Positions 8,523-18,906 of a stretch of DNA of 24,394 nucleotides are shown piece by piece. The translations under genes and the position numbers were made by a program. A model generated the notes under the pieces. It was given only the letters and a program-made list of their open reading frames with translations, was not told the DNA's origin and did not search any database. The stretch is taken from contig JAZUQR010000020.1 in assembly GCA_045605805.1 (NCBI GenBank), forward strand, positions 1-24,394, given 5' to 3'. This DNA is from Alphaproteobacteria bacterium. GTDB taxonomy: Bacteria > Pseudomonadota > Alphaproteobacteria > CAAHEQ01 > UBA3637. How positions within the stretch are numbered: position 1 is the first letter of the stretch; each line of letters opens with the position of its first letter.

Positions 8523-9193
8523 TGGGACAGAAAGTTAATCCAAATGGACTGCGTTTAGGCATCAACCGCACTTGGGATTCACGTTGGTTCGCTGATGCGG
8601 ATTATGGTGAAAAGTTGTTGGCTGATATTGAAATTCGCAAGTTCTTAAATGAAAAATTGGCCGGAGCTGGTATCAGCCGTATCGTGATTGAACGCCCAGC
8701 AAAGAAAGCCCGTGTGACCATTTATTGCGCTCGTCCAGGCGTGGTCATTGGAAAAAAGGGTCAAGACATTGAAACCTTGAAAAAAGATTTGGTGAAATTG
8801 GCCGGTGGTGCCGAAGTCAGCGTGAATATTGTTGAAGTTCGCAAACCGGAAACAGACGCCAAATTGGTGGCCGAAAACATTGCCGCACAGTTGGAAAAAC
8901 GCATTTCCTTCCGTCGTGCCATGAAACGTGCAGTTCAATCTGCATTGCGTCAAGGTGCTGAAGGGATTAAGGTCAGCTGCGGTGGCCGCTTGGGTGGTGC
9001 TGAAATCGCACGCACAGAATGGTATTTGGAAGGCCGTGTTCCTTTGCATACCCTTCGTGCTGACATTGATTATGGTACAGCAACAGCCTTTACAACATAT
9101 GGCACATGTGGTGTAAAAGTCTGGATTTACAAAGGCGAAGTTTTGGCTCATGATGCCATGGCGCAAGACAAACGCTTGAATGATCAACATTAA
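8522..9193 (+). CDS. rpsC: 30S ribosomal protein S3
   Basis: [24 protein letters not shown] and [14 protein letters not shown] motifs. Confidence 0.99.
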   Translation: MGQKVNPNGLRLGINRTWDSRWFADADYGEKLLADIEIRKFLNEKLAGAGISRIVIERPAKKARVTIYCARPGVVIGKKGQDIETLKKDLVKLAGGAEVSVNIVEVRKPETDAKLVAENIAAQLEKRISFRRAMKRAVQSALRQGAEGIKVSCGGRLGGAEIARTEWYLEGRVPLHTLRADIDYGTATAFTTYGTCGVKVWIYKGEVLAHDAMAQDKRLNDQH

Positions 9194-9204
9194 GGAGAGG
9201 AACT

Positions 9205-9627
9205 ATGTTACAACCAAAAAGAACAAAATTCCGTAAAGGATTTAAGGGCCGCATTCATGGTGTCGCTAAATCCGCAACAACAATTGATTTCGGTACTTTC
9301 GGTTTGAAAGCATTGGAACCTTGCCGTATGACAGCTCGCCAAATTGAAGCAGCTCGTCGTGCCATCTCACACGCCATGAAACGTCAAGGACGTATGTGGA
9401 TTCGTGTGTTCCCAGATGTACCCGTGTCTAAAAAGCCACCAGAAGTGCGTCAAGGTAAAGGTAAGGGGTCCGTTGAATACTGGATCGCTCGTGTGAAACC
9501 GGGTCGTGTTTTGTTTGAATGTGATGGCGTCAGCGAAGAAATCGCACGTGAAGCCATGCGTTTGGCCTCTGTCAAACTGCCAATCAAAACAAGATTCTTG
9601 GCAAGAACAGCAGATGAAGAGGTGTAA
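9205..9627 (+). CDS. rplP: 50S ribosomal protein L16
   Basis: [26 protein letters not shown] and GKGKG motifs. Confidence 0.99.
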   Translation: MLQPKRTKFRKGFKGRIHGVAKSATTIDFGTFGLKALEPCRMTARQIEAARRAISHAMKRQGRMWIRVFPDVPVSKKPPEVRQGKGKGSVEYWIARVKPGRVLFECDGVSEEIAREAMRLASVKLPIKTRFLARTADEEV

Positions 9628-9629
9628 TT

Positions 9630-9839
9630 ATGACAAAAACAAAATTTAAAGAAATCAAAGAAAAATCCGCTGCCGATTTGAAGGCAAAGGAAATTGAGCT
9701 GAAAAAAGAAGCCATGAACTTGCGCTTTCAACAAGCTCAAGGTGCTTTGAAAAACACAGCTCGCTGCCGCCAAGTGCGTCGTGAGATTGCGCAAATCAAA
9801 ACTGCGGCTTCTCAAACCGCTGCAAAGAAAGGAAAATAA
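9630..9839 (+). CDS. rpmC: 50S ribosomal protein L29
   Basis: [15 protein letters not shown] and [10 protein letters not shown]; lies between rplP and rpsQ. Confidence 0.97.
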   Translation: MTKTKFKEIKEKSAADLKAKEIELKKEAMNLRFQQAQGALKNTARCRQVRREIAQIKTAASQTAAKKGK

Positions 9840-9841
9840 AC

Positions 9842-10075
9842 ATGCCAAAACGTGTTTTACAAGGTGTTGTGGTCAGCACAAAAATGGATAAATCCGTGGT
9901 GGTTCGTGTGGAACGCCGGGTGATGGATCCTGTTTATAAGAAATATGTCAAACGCAGTAAGAAATATACAGCGCATGACGAAAAGAATCTGTGCAATGTC
10001 GGTGATGTTGTTCAGATTATTGAGTGCCGCCCGATTTCCAAGACAAAAACTTGGGAAGTTGTGACGGAAAAATAA
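9842..10075 (+). CDS. rpsQ: 30S ribosomal protein S17
   Basis: [20 protein letters not shown] and [11 protein letters not shown] motifs. Confidence 0.99.
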   Translation: MPKRVLQGVVVSTKMDKSVVVRVERRVMDPVYKKYVKRSKKYTAHDEKNLCNVGDVVQIIECRPISKTKTWEVVTEK

Positions 10076-10098
10076 CTGAATCAAGAAAGGAAAACAAC

Positions 10099-10467
10099 AT
10101 GATTCAAGTAGAAACAAACCTTGAAGTAGCTGATAACTCCGGTGCCCGGAAAGTTCAGTGCATTAAGGTCATTGGCGGTGCCGGACGTCGCTATGCTTCT
10201 GTCGGAGATGTGATTATCGTTTCCGTAAAAGATGCAATGCCAAACGGCAAAGTCAAAGCAGGGGAAGTGCAACGTGCTTTAATCGTTCGTACGAAGAAAG
10301 AAATCCGTCGTGAAGATGGTTCTGCCATTCGTTTTGATTCTAACGCAGTTGTACTTGTTGATAAACAAGGTGAGCCCATCGGAACACGTATCTTTGGGCC
10401 AGTGACACGTGAATTGCGTGCCGGTGGCTTTGTGAAAGTGATGTCCTTGGCTCCGGAGGTTTTGTAA
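10099..10467 (+). CDS. rplN: 50S ribosomal protein L14
   Basis: [24 protein letters not shown] and SLAPEVL; start set at ATG 10099 after AAAGGA. Confidence 0.99.
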   Translation: MIQVETNLEVADNSGARKVQCIKVIGGAGRRYASVGDVIIVSVKDAMPNGKVKAGEVQRALIVRTKKEIRREDGSAIRFDSNAVVLVDKQGEPIGTRIFGPVTRELRAGGFVKVMSLAPEVL

Positions 10468-10468
10468 A

Positions 10469-10783
10469 ATGAAACTGAAACTGAAAAAAGGCGATAAAGT
10501 AATCGTCACAACAGGAAAAGATAAAGGCAAAACCGGTGAAATCACAACCGTTTTTCCAAAAGAAAACAAAGTGATTATTGGTGGGTTGAACATGGTGAAA
10601 CGCCATACAAAACCATCCCAAGAATCTGCCGGTGGTATCGTTTCCAAAGAAATGCCAATACATGTGTCCAATGTGGCCTTGGCTGATCCAAAAACAGGAA
10701 AAGCAACACGTGTTGGTTATAAAGTTGAAGACGGACGCAAAGTGCGCTTTGCCAAAAAGTCCGGTGAAGTAGTTGATAAATAA
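10469..10783 (+). CDS. rplX: 50S ribosomal protein L24
   Basis: KOW motif [18 protein letters not shown] and EMPIHVSNV. Confidence 0.99.
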   Translation: MKLKLKKGDKVIVTTGKDKGKTGEITTVFPKENKVIIGGLNMVKRHTKPSQESAGGIVSKEMPIHVSNVALADPKTGKATRVGYKVEDGRKVRFAKKSGEVVDK

Positions 10784-10793
10784 GGAGTGACTC

Positions 10794-11345
10794 ATGGAAA
10801 CAAGATTGAAAAAATTATATGATGAAGTGATTGCTCCGAATTTAATCAAAGAATTCGGCTATAAGAACAAAATGGAAGTTCCAAAGCTCACAAAAATCGT
10901 CCTGAACATGGGCGTTGGTGAAGCAGCTGAGGATAAAAAAGCGATTGAATTCGCAGTGAAAGACATGGAAGCTATTTCCGGTCAAAAAGCTGTGACAACA
11001 TTTGCACGCAAATCCATTTCTACATTTAAGTTGCGTGACGGCATGCCAATTGGTTGTAAAGTGACGCTTCGCAAAGAAAAAATGTATGAATTTTTGGATC
11101 GCTTGATTACAATCGCAATGCCACGCATTCGTGACTTCCGTGGTATTTCTGGGAAAAGCTTTGATGGACATGGAAACTATGCCATGGGCGTGAAAGAACA
11201 AATTATTTTCTTGGAAATCAACTATGATGCAGTAGACGCAGTTCGTGGTATGGATATCATTATCTGTACAAGCGCCAAAACCGACAAAGAAGCAAAAGCT
11301 TTGTTGGCTGGTTTCGGAATGCCCTTTAAGAAGGAAGGAAAATAA
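10794..11345 (+). CDS. rplE: 50S ribosomal protein L5
   Basis: [22 protein letters not shown] and PRIRDFRG motifs. Confidence 0.99.
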   Translation: METRLKKLYDEVIAPNLIKEFGYKNKMEVPKLTKIVLNMGVGEAAEDKKAIEFAVKDMEAISGQKAVTTFARKSISTFKLRDGMPIGCKVTLRKEKMYEFLDRLITIAMPRIRDFRGISGKSFDGHGNYAMGVKEQIIFLEINYDAVDAVRGMDIIICTSAKTDKEAKALLAGFGMPFKKEGK

Positions 11346-11347
11346 CC

Positions 11348-11653
11348 ATGGCAAAATTATGTCAAATCAATCGTAATGAAAAACGCGAAAAATTGGTGAA
11401 AAAATACGCCGGTAAGCGTGAAGCTTTGAAAAAGGTTATCAGTTCAAAAGAATCTTCTCCGGAAGAAGTCTTTGAAGCCTCAATTGAGCTTGCTAAACTT
11501 CCTCGCAATTCGTCCAAAGTTCGTTTGCACAATCGTTGTGAATTGACAGGGCGTTCAAAGGGATATTACAGAAAATTAAAACTCAGCCGTATTCAACTGC
11601 GCAAATTGTCCAACGAAGGACAAGTGCCTGGTATGACAAAGTCGAGCTGGTAA
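11348..11653 (+). CDS. rpsN: 30S ribosomal protein S14 (101-aa zinc-independent form)
   Basis: [14 protein letters not shown] and [11 protein letters not shown]; no paired CxxC motifs. Confidence 0.98.
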   Translation: MAKLCQINRNEKREKLVKKYAGKREALKKVISSKESSPEEVFEASIELAKLPRNSSKVRLHNRCELTGRSKGYYRKLKLSRIQLRKLSNEGQVPGMTKSSW

Positions 11654-11665
11654 GGAGAAGAAAAC

Positions 11666-12064
11666 ATGTCTATGACAGATCCTTTGGGCGATATGCTGAC
11701 TCGTTTGCGTAACGGGGGCATGGCCAAAAAAGAAAGCGTAACAGTTCCTGCTTCTAACTTGCGTTTGAACGTATTGGAAGTTTTGAAACGGGAAGGTTAT
11801 ATCCGTGGCTTTGAAAAAGTGAATGTCCGTACAGGAATTGACGAAATCAAAGTTGAGTTAAAATACTATGAAGGTGAACCGGTAATTAAACAAATTGAAC
11901 GTGTTTCTAAACCGGGCCGTCGTGTGTATTCCAAAGTAAAAGATTTACCCAAGTTCTATAATGGTTTGGGCATCTATGTATTATCAACCCCATCGGGCGT
12001 TATGTCCGATCACGAAGCTCGTCAAGCCAACTTAGGTGGCGAAGTTTTGTGCAAGGTGTTCTAA
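11666..12064 (+). CDS. rpsH: 30S ribosomal protein S8
   Basis: [22 protein letters not shown] and GGEVLCKVF motifs. Confidence 0.99.
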   Translation: MSMTDPLGDMLTRLRNGGMAKKESVTVPASNLRLNVLEVLKREGYIRGFEKVNVRTGIDEIKVELKYYEGEPVIKQIERVSKPGRRVYSKVKDLPKFYNGLGIYVLSTPSGVMSDHEARQANLGGEVLCKVF

Positions 12065-12077
12065 GGAGGAAAGGCAA

Positions 12078-12611
12078 ATGTCAAGAATCGGAAAACATCC
12101 TGTAAAAGTGGTTGATGGCGTGAATGTCAACATTACAGAAAAAGAAATTATCGTCAAAGGTAAATTGGGCGAATTAAAGACACACATTCCAGCGGGCGTT
12201 TCCGTGACAATGGAAAACAACGAAATCGTTGTGAAACCATTGAACGATACAAAAGAAGCAGCCGCTATGTGGGGAACAATGCGTCAAAACATCAATAACT
12301 TGATGAAAGGCGTGACAGAAGGTTTCTCCAAAGATTTGGAATTGGTGGGCGTAGGTTATCGTGCGCAAGTGTCCGGTCAAAAATTAAAGTTGACATTGGG
12401 CTTCAGTCATGATATAGATTACACTCTGCCAGAAGGTGTGAAAGCAACTGTAACCGATCAAACAAAATTGAACATTTCCGGCATGGATAAACAATTAGTT
12501 GGTCAAGTGGCTGCTGAAATTCGTTCCTATCGTTCGCCAGAACCATATAAAGGCAAAGGCGTGAAATATGCGAATGAAACAATTTTACGCAAAGACGGTA
12601 AGAAGAAATAA
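12078..12611 (+). CDS. rplF: 50S ribosomal protein L6
   Basis: MSRIGK, GVGYRA, LGFSH and PEPYKGKG; start set at ATG 12078 after AAGGAGG. Confidence 0.99.
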   Translation: MSRIGKHPVKVVDGVNVNITEKEIIVKGKLGELKTHIPAGVSVTMENNEIVVKPLNDTKEAAAMWGTMRQNINNLMKGVTEGFSKDLELVGVGYRAQVSGQKLKLTLGFSHDIDYTLPEGVKATVTDQTKLNISGMDKQLVGQVAAEIRSYRSPEPYKGKGVKYANETILRKDGKKK

Positions 12612-12625
12612 GGGGAACTGAAAAA

Positions 12626-12976
12626 ATGAAAAAACAAACTACATTTGACAGAAGAAAAGCGCGTGTGCGTTATGATTTGAAGAAAAAAGCGGGCGATCGT
12701 GTTCGTTTGTCCGTCTATCGTTCTGAAAAGAATATCTATGCGCAAATTATTGATGATAACAATCAAACGACTTTGGTCAGTGCTTCTTCCAAAGAAAAAG
12801 GTTTCAAAGAAAAAGGTTCTACCTTGGCTGGTGCAAAAGCCGTTGGTGCGGCCATTGCCGAAAAAGCTTTGAAAGCTGGAATCAAAGAAGTTGCATTTGA
12901 TCGTGGTGGATATCAGTTCCATGGCCGTATTAAAGCCTTGGCTGACAGCGCTCGTGAAGCCGGTTTATCTTTTTAA
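12626..12976 (+). CDS. rplR: 50S ribosomal protein L18
   Basis: [15 protein letters not shown] and [17 protein letters not shown] motifs. Confidence 0.99.
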   Translation: MKKQTTFDRRKARVRYDLKKKAGDRVRLSVYRSEKNIYAQIIDDNNQTTLVSASSKEKGFKEKGSTLAGAKAVGAAIAEKALKAGIKEVAFDRGGYQFHGRIKALADSAREAGLSF

Positions 12977-12989
12977 GTAGGAGTGTAAA

Positions 12990-13598
12990 ATGACAGAAGA
13001 AATCATTGAAAAACAAGAAAAACAAGAAAAGAAACGCGCTCCTAAAAAGGACCGTGCTCCTCGTGAAGATAAAACAATGGATGAATTCATTGACCGTGTT
13101 GTGCACATCAATCGTGTTTCTAAAACAGTGAAAGGCGGACGGAATATGTCCTTTGCCGCATTGGTGGTTGTCGGTGACCAAAAAGGTCGCATCGGTTTTG
13201 CCCATGCAAAAGCAAAAGAAGTGCCTGATGCCATTAAAAAAGCCAACGAATTGGCCCGTCGTCACTTGGTGCGCATTCCATTGCGTGAAGGTCGTACCTT
13301 GCACCACGATGTTATCGGGCGTTTTGGGGCCGGAGAAGTGACATTGCGCACAGCTCCTGCTGGTACCGGAATCATTGCCGGTGGTCCAATGCGTGCCGTT
13401 TTTGAAGTGTTGGGCATTCAGGATGTGGTTGCAAAATGCACAGGATCCAACAACCCACACAACATGATTCGTGCGACATTCAAAGCCTTGTTAGACGAAC
13501 ATTCTCCACGTGCTGTGGCTGCTCGTCGTGGTAAGAAAGTCGGTGAAATTGTTGGTAACCGTGAAGGCAAAACAGCCGAAGAAGCTGTTGCTGAATAA
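12990..13598 (+). CDS. rpsE: 30S ribosomal protein S5
   Basis: [20 protein letters not shown] and [13 protein letters not shown] motifs. Confidence 0.99.
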   Translation: MTEEIIEKQEKQEKKRAPKKDRAPREDKTMDEFIDRVVHINRVSKTVKGGRNMSFAALVVVGDQKGRIGFAHAKAKEVPDAIKKANELARRHLVRIPLREGRTLHHDVIGRFGAGEVTLRTAPAGTGIIAGGPMRAVFEVLGIQDVVAKCTGSNNPHNMIRATFKALLDEHSPRAVAARRGKKVGEIVGNREGKTAEEAVAE

Positions 13599-13609
13599 GG
13601 AGAAAAAAC

Positions 13610-14143
13610 ATGAAACTGAATGAAATTAAAGATAACAAAGGCGCAAGAAAATCTTTGATGCGTGTCGCCCGTGGTGTCGGCAGCGGAAAAGGTCGTACAG
13701 CTGGGCGTGGTTTCAAAGGTCAAAAATCCCGTACAGGCGTTTCTATTAACGCTTTTGAGGGAGGCCAAATGCCTGTTTATCGCCGTTTACCAAAACGTGG
13801 ATTTAAGAACATTTTCCGTAAATCCTTTATTGGCATCAATGTGGGTGATTTACAAAAGGCAATTGATGCCAAGATTTTGGCTGCCGATAAGGAAATCAAT
13901 GCCATTGCATTGATGGAAGCCGGTTTGGTGAAAAAAGTACAAGATGGCGTACGCTTGCTGGGTAATGGCGAATTGAGTGCCAAAATCACAGTGCGTGTTG
14001 TCGGTGCAACTGAAACCGCCAAAAACGCTGTGGAAAAAGCCGGTGGCGAATTGATTGTTGAACCAATCAAAAAAACTGTCTTGGTAAAAGGCCAAAAAAC
14101 TTCTAAAAAAGAAGTGAAAAAACCAGTTAAAAAAACAAAGTAA
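13610..14143 (+). CDS. rplO: 50S ribosomal protein L15 with Lys-rich C-terminal tail
   Basis: [14 protein letters not shown] and [17 protein letters not shown] motifs. Confidence 0.99.
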   Translation: MKLNEIKDNKGARKSLMRVARGVGSGKGRTAGRGFKGQKSRTGVSINAFEGGQMPVYRRLPKRGFKNIFRKSFIGINVGDLQKAIDAKILAADKEINAIALMEAGLVKKVQDGVRLLGNGELSAKITVRVVGATETAKNAVEKAGGELIVEPIKKTVLVKGQKTSKKEVKKPVKKTK

Positions 14144-14162
14144 ATAAGGGAGGGTGAATACG

Positions 14163-15491
14163 ATGTCTTTGGCTGAAAAAATGGTTGCAAATATGGATAT
14201 GTCCGCATTTTCAAAAGCAACGGATTTGCAAAAAAGGCTTTGGTTCACCCTTTTGGCTTTGATTGTTTTCCGGATTGGAACATATATTCCATTTCCGGGG
14301 ATCAATCCAACCGTCTTGAACGAGTTTTTCTCGTCTAATCAGGGTGGTTTGATTGGTATGTTTAACGCCTTCACAGGCGGTGCGTTGTCACGCATGTCAA
14401 TCTTTGCCTTAAATATAATGCCGTACATTTCGGCCTCAATTATTATCCAATTAGGGGCAAGCGTGATTCCATCTTGGATGGCTTTGCGAAAAGAAGGTGA
14501 AGCCGGTATGCGTAAAATCAATCAGTATACACGAGCCTTGACCATTTTAATCACGGTAGTGCAAGCCTATTTTATGGCCTTAGCGTTGGAACGGGGCGGA
14601 GCAGTTATTATGCCGTCAAGCACATTGTTTGAACTGTCTACAGTGGTTTCGTTGCTGGGTGGAACAATGTTCGTGGTTTGGTTGGGTGAACAAATCACTG
14701 CCCGAGGTATTGGCAACGGCACATCTTTGTTGATTATGGTTGGTATCGTTGCAAATATCCCCTCAGCCTTAATTCGTATGTTGGAAGATGGACGAGCAGG
14801 GGCTATTTCAACCTTTACAATCTTGGTCGTAGGTGCCATGATTTTTGGTTTGATTTATGTGGTGGTGATGTTTGAACGGGCTCAACGCCGTATCGTTATT
14901 CAATATCCTAAACGCCAAGCGGCCGGCCGTTTAATGCAAGGGGTCAGCTCGCACCTGCCATTAAAAATCAATCCAACGGGTGTAATGCCCCCCATCTTTG
15001 CCAGTGCTTTGTTGGCTTTGCCTGTTGGAATTGCTCAGTATTTTTCGCAAAATACAGAATCTGATTTTTGGAGTAAAACAGCGCTGTATTTAACCCCGGG
15101 TCAATGGATTTATATGGTGACATTTGCGGTGTTAATTATGTTCTTTACATTCTTCTATACAGGGATTCAATCTAATCCAAAAGAAACAGCGGAAAACTTG
15201 AAACGCCAAGGGGGCTTTGTTGCCGGCATTCGTCCTGGTGAAAACACAGCCCGCTATCTGGACTATGTGATTACTCGTTTAACCGTGTTGGGGGCAATTT
15301 ATTTAACAGTTTTATGCATCTTGCCAGAATTTTTAATTGCTACCTTTAACATTCCATTCTTTTTGGGTGGCACCACATTGTTGATTGTTGTGTCTGTTAT
15401 TTTGGAAACAGTGAACCAAATTCAATCACATATGGTGGCATATCAGTATGAAGGATTGATTAAAAAAGCCAAATTAAAGGGGAGATTATAA
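14163..15491 (+). CDS. secY: Preprotein translocase subunit SecY
   Basis: SIFALNIMPYISASII, WLGEQITARGIGNG, GIRPG and GGTTLLIVV motifs with multiple TM helices. ATG 14163 preferred over GTG 14154 because GGGAGG lies at 14148-14153. Confidence 0.99.
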   Translation: MSLAEKMVANMDMSAFSKATDLQKRLWFTLLALIVFRIGTYIPFPGINPTVLNEFFSSNQGGLIGMFNAFTGGALSRMSIFALNIMPYISASIIIQLGASVIPSWMALRKEGEAGMRKINQYTRALTILITVVQAYFMALALERGGAVIMPSSTLFELSTVVSLLGGTMFVVWLGEQITARGIGNGTSLLIMVGIVANIPSALIRMLEDGRAGAISTFTILVVGAMIFGLIYVVVMFERAQRRIVIQYPKRQAAGRLMQGVSSHLPLKINPTGVMPPIFASALLALPVGIAQYFSQNTESDFWSKTALYLTPGQWIYMVTFAVLIMFFTFFYTGIQSNPKETAENLKRQGGFVAGIRPGENTARYLDYVITRLTVLGAIYLTVLCILPEFLIATFNIPFFLGGTTLLIVVSVILETVNQIQSHMVAYQYEGLIKKAKLKGRL

Positions 15492-16159
15492 TGGCAAAAT
15501 ATAATAGAATCGTCTTACTTGGGCCACCAGGGTCCGGAAAAGGCACACAAGGGGCAATTTTGGCCGAACGCATGGGTATTAAAGCTATTTCGGCAGGTGA
15601 GTTGTTGCGTGCCGAAGTGAAAACAGGTTCAGAACTGGGAAAAGAAATCGCTGCCCGTATTGATAATGGTCAATTGGTTTCGGCCGATTTGATTGCCCGC
15701 CTAATGACACAGGCCTTTTTGGCACCCGAAAACGCCAACGGATTTATTTCGGATGGCTTTCCTCGTTCCATTGAACAAGCAGAAATTTTTGAAACAATCC
15801 AATCCAAACCAGAGTTTGAAGGCAAAAGAATTGATTTGGCTTTGTTGATAGATGTGCCAGATGATTATATTTTGGAACGGATTTTGGGACGTTGCCAATG
15901 CGCACAATGTGGCACGTTCTATCATAACAAGTTTAAGCCCACAAAAATCGACGGTGTATGCGATGTATGTGGGAGTAAAGAATTTGCCAAACGGGCGGAT
16001 GACACTGAAGAAACAGTGGTATCTAGACTCCGCGTGTACCGTGAGGCAACGGCTCCACTGATACCTTACTACGAAAACAAGGGGCTATTGGTTCGTGTTG
16101 ATGGGATGGGACCCATTGATGCGGTAAGTGAAAAGATAAAAGAAATAGTAGGATACTAA
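15491..16159 (+). CDS. adk: Adenylate kinase with 4-Cys metal-binding LID
   Basis: GPPGSGKGTQ P-loop, DGFPR, RADD; LID contains CAQC and CDVC. Confidence 0.98.
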   Translation: MAKYNRIVLLGPPGSGKGTQGAILAERMGIKAISAGELLRAEVKTGSELGKEIAARIDNGQLVSADLIARLMTQAFLAPENANGFISDGFPRSIEQAEIFETIQSKPEFEGKRIDLALLIDVPDDYILERILGRCQCAQCGTFYHNKFKPTKIDGVCDVCGSKEFAKRADDTEETVVSRLRVYREATAPLIPYYENKGLLVRVDGMGPIDAVSEKIKEIVGY

Positions 16160-16167
16160 TTTTGTGC

Positions 16168-16196
16168 TTGACAAGTTGCGAGAAATAGTTTATAAT
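16168..16196 (+). promoter_or_regulatory. Sigma70 promoter of the alpha operon
   Basis: TTGACA (16168-16173), 17-nt spacer, TATAAT (16191-16196). Confidence 0.92.
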
Positions 16197-16274
16197 TCCC
16201 ACTCGTAATCCAAGCCATTGCTTTCAAAGCGATTGGTTTTTGCTGTTTTAATTTAGAAATATGGAGAAATAACC

Positions 16275-16652
16275 TTGGCACGTATTGCTGGTGTAAATAT
16301 TCCGACAGATAAATTGGCCGTCATTGGTTTGACGTACATTTATGGTATTGGCCGGAAAAAAGCTGAAGAAATCATCAATAAAGCAGGCATTCCGATGACA
16401 CGTCGTGTGAATGAACTGACAGATGATGAAACATTGAAAATTCGTGAAATCATTGATAAAGACTATCAGGTGGAAGGTGACTTGCGCCGTGAAGTCTCTA
16501 TGAATATTAAACGCTTGATGGATCTGGGATGCTATCGTGGATTGCGTCATCGTAGGGGATTGCCTGTGCATGGTCAACGCACACATACAAACGCTCGTAC
16601 TCGTAAGGGGAAGGCTGTGGCAATTGCCGGTAAAAAGAAAGTGACGAAATAA
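16275..16652 (+). CDS. rpsM: 30S ribosomal protein S13 (TTG start)
   Basis: [17 protein letters not shown] and [26 protein letters not shown]; GGAG upstream of the TTG. Confidence 0.99.
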   Translation: MARIAGVNIPTDKLAVIGLTYIYGIGRKKAEEIINKAGIPMTRRVNELTDDETLKIREIIDKDYQVEGDLRREVSMNIKRLMDLGCYRGLRHRRGLPVHGQRTHTNARTRKGKAVAIAGKKKVTK

Positions 16653-16662
16653 GAGGTAGAAC

Positions 16663-17055
16663 ATGGCAGAAAAGAAAGTTGTCAAAACAAAAAGACGTGA
16701 CAGAAAGAATGTGGTGGCCGGTGTGGCACACATTAATTCAACATTCAATAACACATTGGTGACAATTACGGATCCAAACGGAAATGCAATTGCATGGTCC
16801 TCATGTGGCGCAAAAGGCTTCAAAGGTTCCCGCAAATCAACCCCATATGCTGCACAGGTGGCCGCAGATGATGCTGCCCGCAAAGCAATGGAACACGGTA
16901 TGAAAAGCGTGGATATCGTTGTGATGGGCCCAGGCTCGGGGCGTGAATCTGCAATTCGTGCATTTAATGCTGTTGGAATGGTGGTGACATCCATCAAAGA
17001 TGTGACACCGTTGCCGCATAACGGATGTCGTGCCCGCAAACGTCGTCGTGTTTAA
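16663..17055 (+). CDS. rpsK: 30S ribosomal protein S11
   Basis: [20 protein letters not shown] and [11 protein letters not shown] motifs. Confidence 0.99.
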   Translation: MAEKKVVKTKRRDRKNVVAGVAHINSTFNNTLVTITDPNGNAIAWSSCGAKGFKGSRKSTPYAAQVAADDAARKAMEHGMKSVDIVVMGPGSGRESAIRAFNAVGMVVTSIKDVTPLPHNGCRARKRRRV

Positions 17056-17078
17056 TTTTTAACAAAAGGAAGCATACC

Positions 17079-18101
17079 ATGATGATTCAAAAAAATTGGC
17101 AGGAATTGATTAAGCCTGAACGGGAAAAACAAGTCATTGAACAAATCGTGCCGGGCTACAAGGCCAAAATGGTAATTGAGCCATTGGAACGTGGTTTTGG
17201 TTTCACTTTGGGTAATGCGTTGCGTCGTGTCTTGCTGTCTTCATTGCAAGGTGGCGCAGTGACTGGAATTAAAATTGCAGGTGTTCAACATGAGTTTTCT
17301 TCCATCCCCGGTGTTCGGGAGGATGTGACGGAAATCGTGTTAAATATCAAAAACTTGGCATTGAAAGTGGATGCCGAAGGCCCTCAACACATTTATTTGA
17401 ATGCAAAAGGCCCTGGTGTTATCACTGCCGGACAAATTGTCACAAATCACACTATTGAAGTGATGAATCCTGATTTAGTGATTTGTACATTGGAAAAAGA
17501 TGCCACAATTGAAATTGAAATGATTGTGAACACAGGGAAGGGCTATGTCACAGCAGCACAAAATCGTCCTGCTGATTGTCCAATCGGCCTGTTGCCTATT
17601 GACGCAATCTATTCTCCGGTAAAATCGGTCAGCTATGAAGTTGAAAATGCCCGTGTGGGACAACAAACAGACTATGATAAATTGTCTTTAATTGTTGAAA
17701 CAAATGGCGTTTTAACACCGGAAGATGCTGTGGCTTTATCTGCCCGCATTTTGCAAGATCAATTGAAAGTGTTCATCAATTTTGAAGAGCCAGAAGAAGT
17801 GAGCGCAGAAGAAAAAATCGCTGAATTGCCGTTCAATAAAAACTTGTTGCGTAAAGTGGACGATATGGAATTGTCTGTCCGTTCTGCAAACTGTTTGAAA
17901 AACGACAATATCGTGTACATTGGTGATTTGGTTCAAAAATCCGAATCAGAAATGTTGCGCACACCAAACTTTGGTCGCAAATCTTTGAATGAAATCAAAG
18001 AATTGTTAACCGCTTATGATTTGCATTTCGGTATGCAAATTGAAAATTGGCCGCCTGAAAACTTGGAAGAATTGGCTTCTTCCATCAGTTTGGACGACTA
18101 A
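17079..18101 (+). CDS. rpoA: RNA polymerase subunit alpha
   Basis: [32 protein letters not shown] and [13 protein letters not shown]; start at ATG 17079 (or 17082) after AAAGGA. Confidence 0.99.
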   Translation: MMIQKNWQELIKPEREKQVIEQIVPGYKAKMVIEPLERGFGFTLGNALRRVLLSSLQGGAVTGIKIAGVQHEFSSIPGVREDVTEIVLNIKNLALKVDAEGPQHIYLNAKGPGVITAGQIVTNHTIEVMNPDLVICTLEKDATIEIEMIVNTGKGYVTAAQNRPADCPIGLLPIDAIYSPVKSVSYEVENARVGQQTDYDKLSLIVETNGVLTPEDAVALSARILQDQLKVFINFEEPEEVSAEEKIAELPFNKNLLRKVDDMELSVRSANCLKNDNIVYIGDLVQKSESEMLRTPNFGRKSLNEIKELLTAYDLHFGMQIENWPPENLEELASSISLDD

Positions 18102-18114
18102 GTAAAATAAAAAT

Positions 18115-18177
18115 CGTGAGGGGATAAGCCCCTCACGTCCTTTTCTTTACACGCTGACGTAAGGGTGGAGAAAAAGG
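18115..18177 (+). promoter_or_regulatory. Two tandem hairpins in the rpoA-rplQ spacer (candidate L17 leader or attenuator)
   Basis: CGTGAGGGG-ataag-CCCCTCACG perfect 9-bp stem, then CCTTTTCTTTAC pairing with GTGGAGAAAAAGG. Confidence 0.55.
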
Positions 18178-18227
18178 CTTTAACAATCAGCTTTGCACCG
18201 CAAGGCTTTTAACGAAAGGAAAAGAAA

Positions 18228-18782
18228 ATGCGTCATGGATTTAAGAAAAGAACTTTGAATAAAAAAATCGCACACCGTCGGGCTATGTTTGCCAATCTGG
18301 CAAATGCTTTGATTAAGCACGAACAAATTAAAACAACATTACCAAAAGCAAAAGAACTGAGTCCTATCTTTGAAAAGCTCATTACAAAAGCCGAAGACGG
18401 AACATTGCACGCTCGCCGTCAGTTGATTGCTTTCCTTCGTGATGAAGTTATGGTTGAAAAGATGATGACCACATTGGTCAAACGGTATGAAAACCGCAAT
18501 GGTGGTTATGTGCGTGTGTTAAAGGCTGGTTTCCGCTTTGGCGACTGCGCCCCAATGGCTATCGTTGAATTGGTTGATCGTGATGTGACTGCCAAAGGTC
18601 AAGATTCCGGTAAAATCGTGGAAGTGGAAGCCGAAGCCCCAAAAGCCGAGGAAAAGAAAGCCGCTCCAAAAGCTGAAAAAGTGACAAAGGTTAAAAAAGA
18701 AACAGCACAAAAAGCCGTGAAATCTGTGAAAACAAAAGCCCCAACAATGGTGCGTCGTAGCAGCACAGGCAGTGGTTCGTAA
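18228..18782 (+). CDS. rplQ: 50S ribosomal protein L17 with long C-terminal extension
   Basis: [18 protein letters not shown] and [20 protein letters not shown]; about 55 aa Lys/Ala/Glu-rich tail. Confidence 0.99.
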   Translation: MRHGFKKRTLNKKIAHRRAMFANLANALIKHEQIKTTLPKAKELSPIFEKLITKAEDGTLHARRQLIAFLRDEVMVEKMMTTLVKRYENRNGGYVRVLKAGFRFGDCAPMAIVELVDRDVTAKGQDSGKIVEVEAEAPKAEEKKAAPKAEKVTKVKKETAQKAVKSVKTKAPTMVRRSSTGSGS

Positions 18783-18799
18783 GAACGAATCTTGAAATT

Positions 18800-18832
18800 A
18801 AATCCCAATCGGTTTCGGTTGGGATTTTTTTT
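18800..18832 (+). terminator. Rho-independent terminator of the alpha operon
   Basis: AAATCCCAATCG-gttt-CGGTTGGGATTT stem running into a T8 tract, between convergent rplQ and mutY. Confidence 0.85.
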
Positions 18833-18906
18833 GTGATGTTAAAGTAAAAACACTTTTATAAAATTAAAGTAAAAGAATAACAAAACAAAAGATTATATTG
18901 AAAAGA

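Noticed and set aside
15892-15970. Four-Cys zinc-type LID in adenylate kinase of a Gram-negative organism
   Set aside because: Already known in alphaproteobacteria such as Paracoccus denitrificans; not novel.
16248-17039. 263-aa antisense ORF over rpsM-rpsK, and the many other antisense or alternate-frame ORFs across the ribosomal cluster
   Set aside because: Shadow ORFs of conserved, codon-biased genes; no RBS or recognisable motifs.
16160-17078. Absence of rpsD, rpmJ, infA and map around adk-rpsM-rpsK-rpoA
   Set aside because: This is the usual alphaproteobacterial arrangement; used only as a taxonomic clue.
2017-18782. Possible genetic-code reassignment behind the odd residues in r-proteins
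   Set aside because: In the positions I checked, CGG falls at conserved Arg sites (e.g. S12 KRPK), conserved Trp uses TGG, and TGA ends mlaC and the Clp-like gene; the odd residues use varied codons.
18839-18874. 11-bp direct repeat TTAAAGTAAAA flanking palindrome TTTTATAAAA between rplQ and mutY
   Set aside because: Very AT-rich spacer between convergent genes where such matches arise by chance; no gene start or mobile element nearby.
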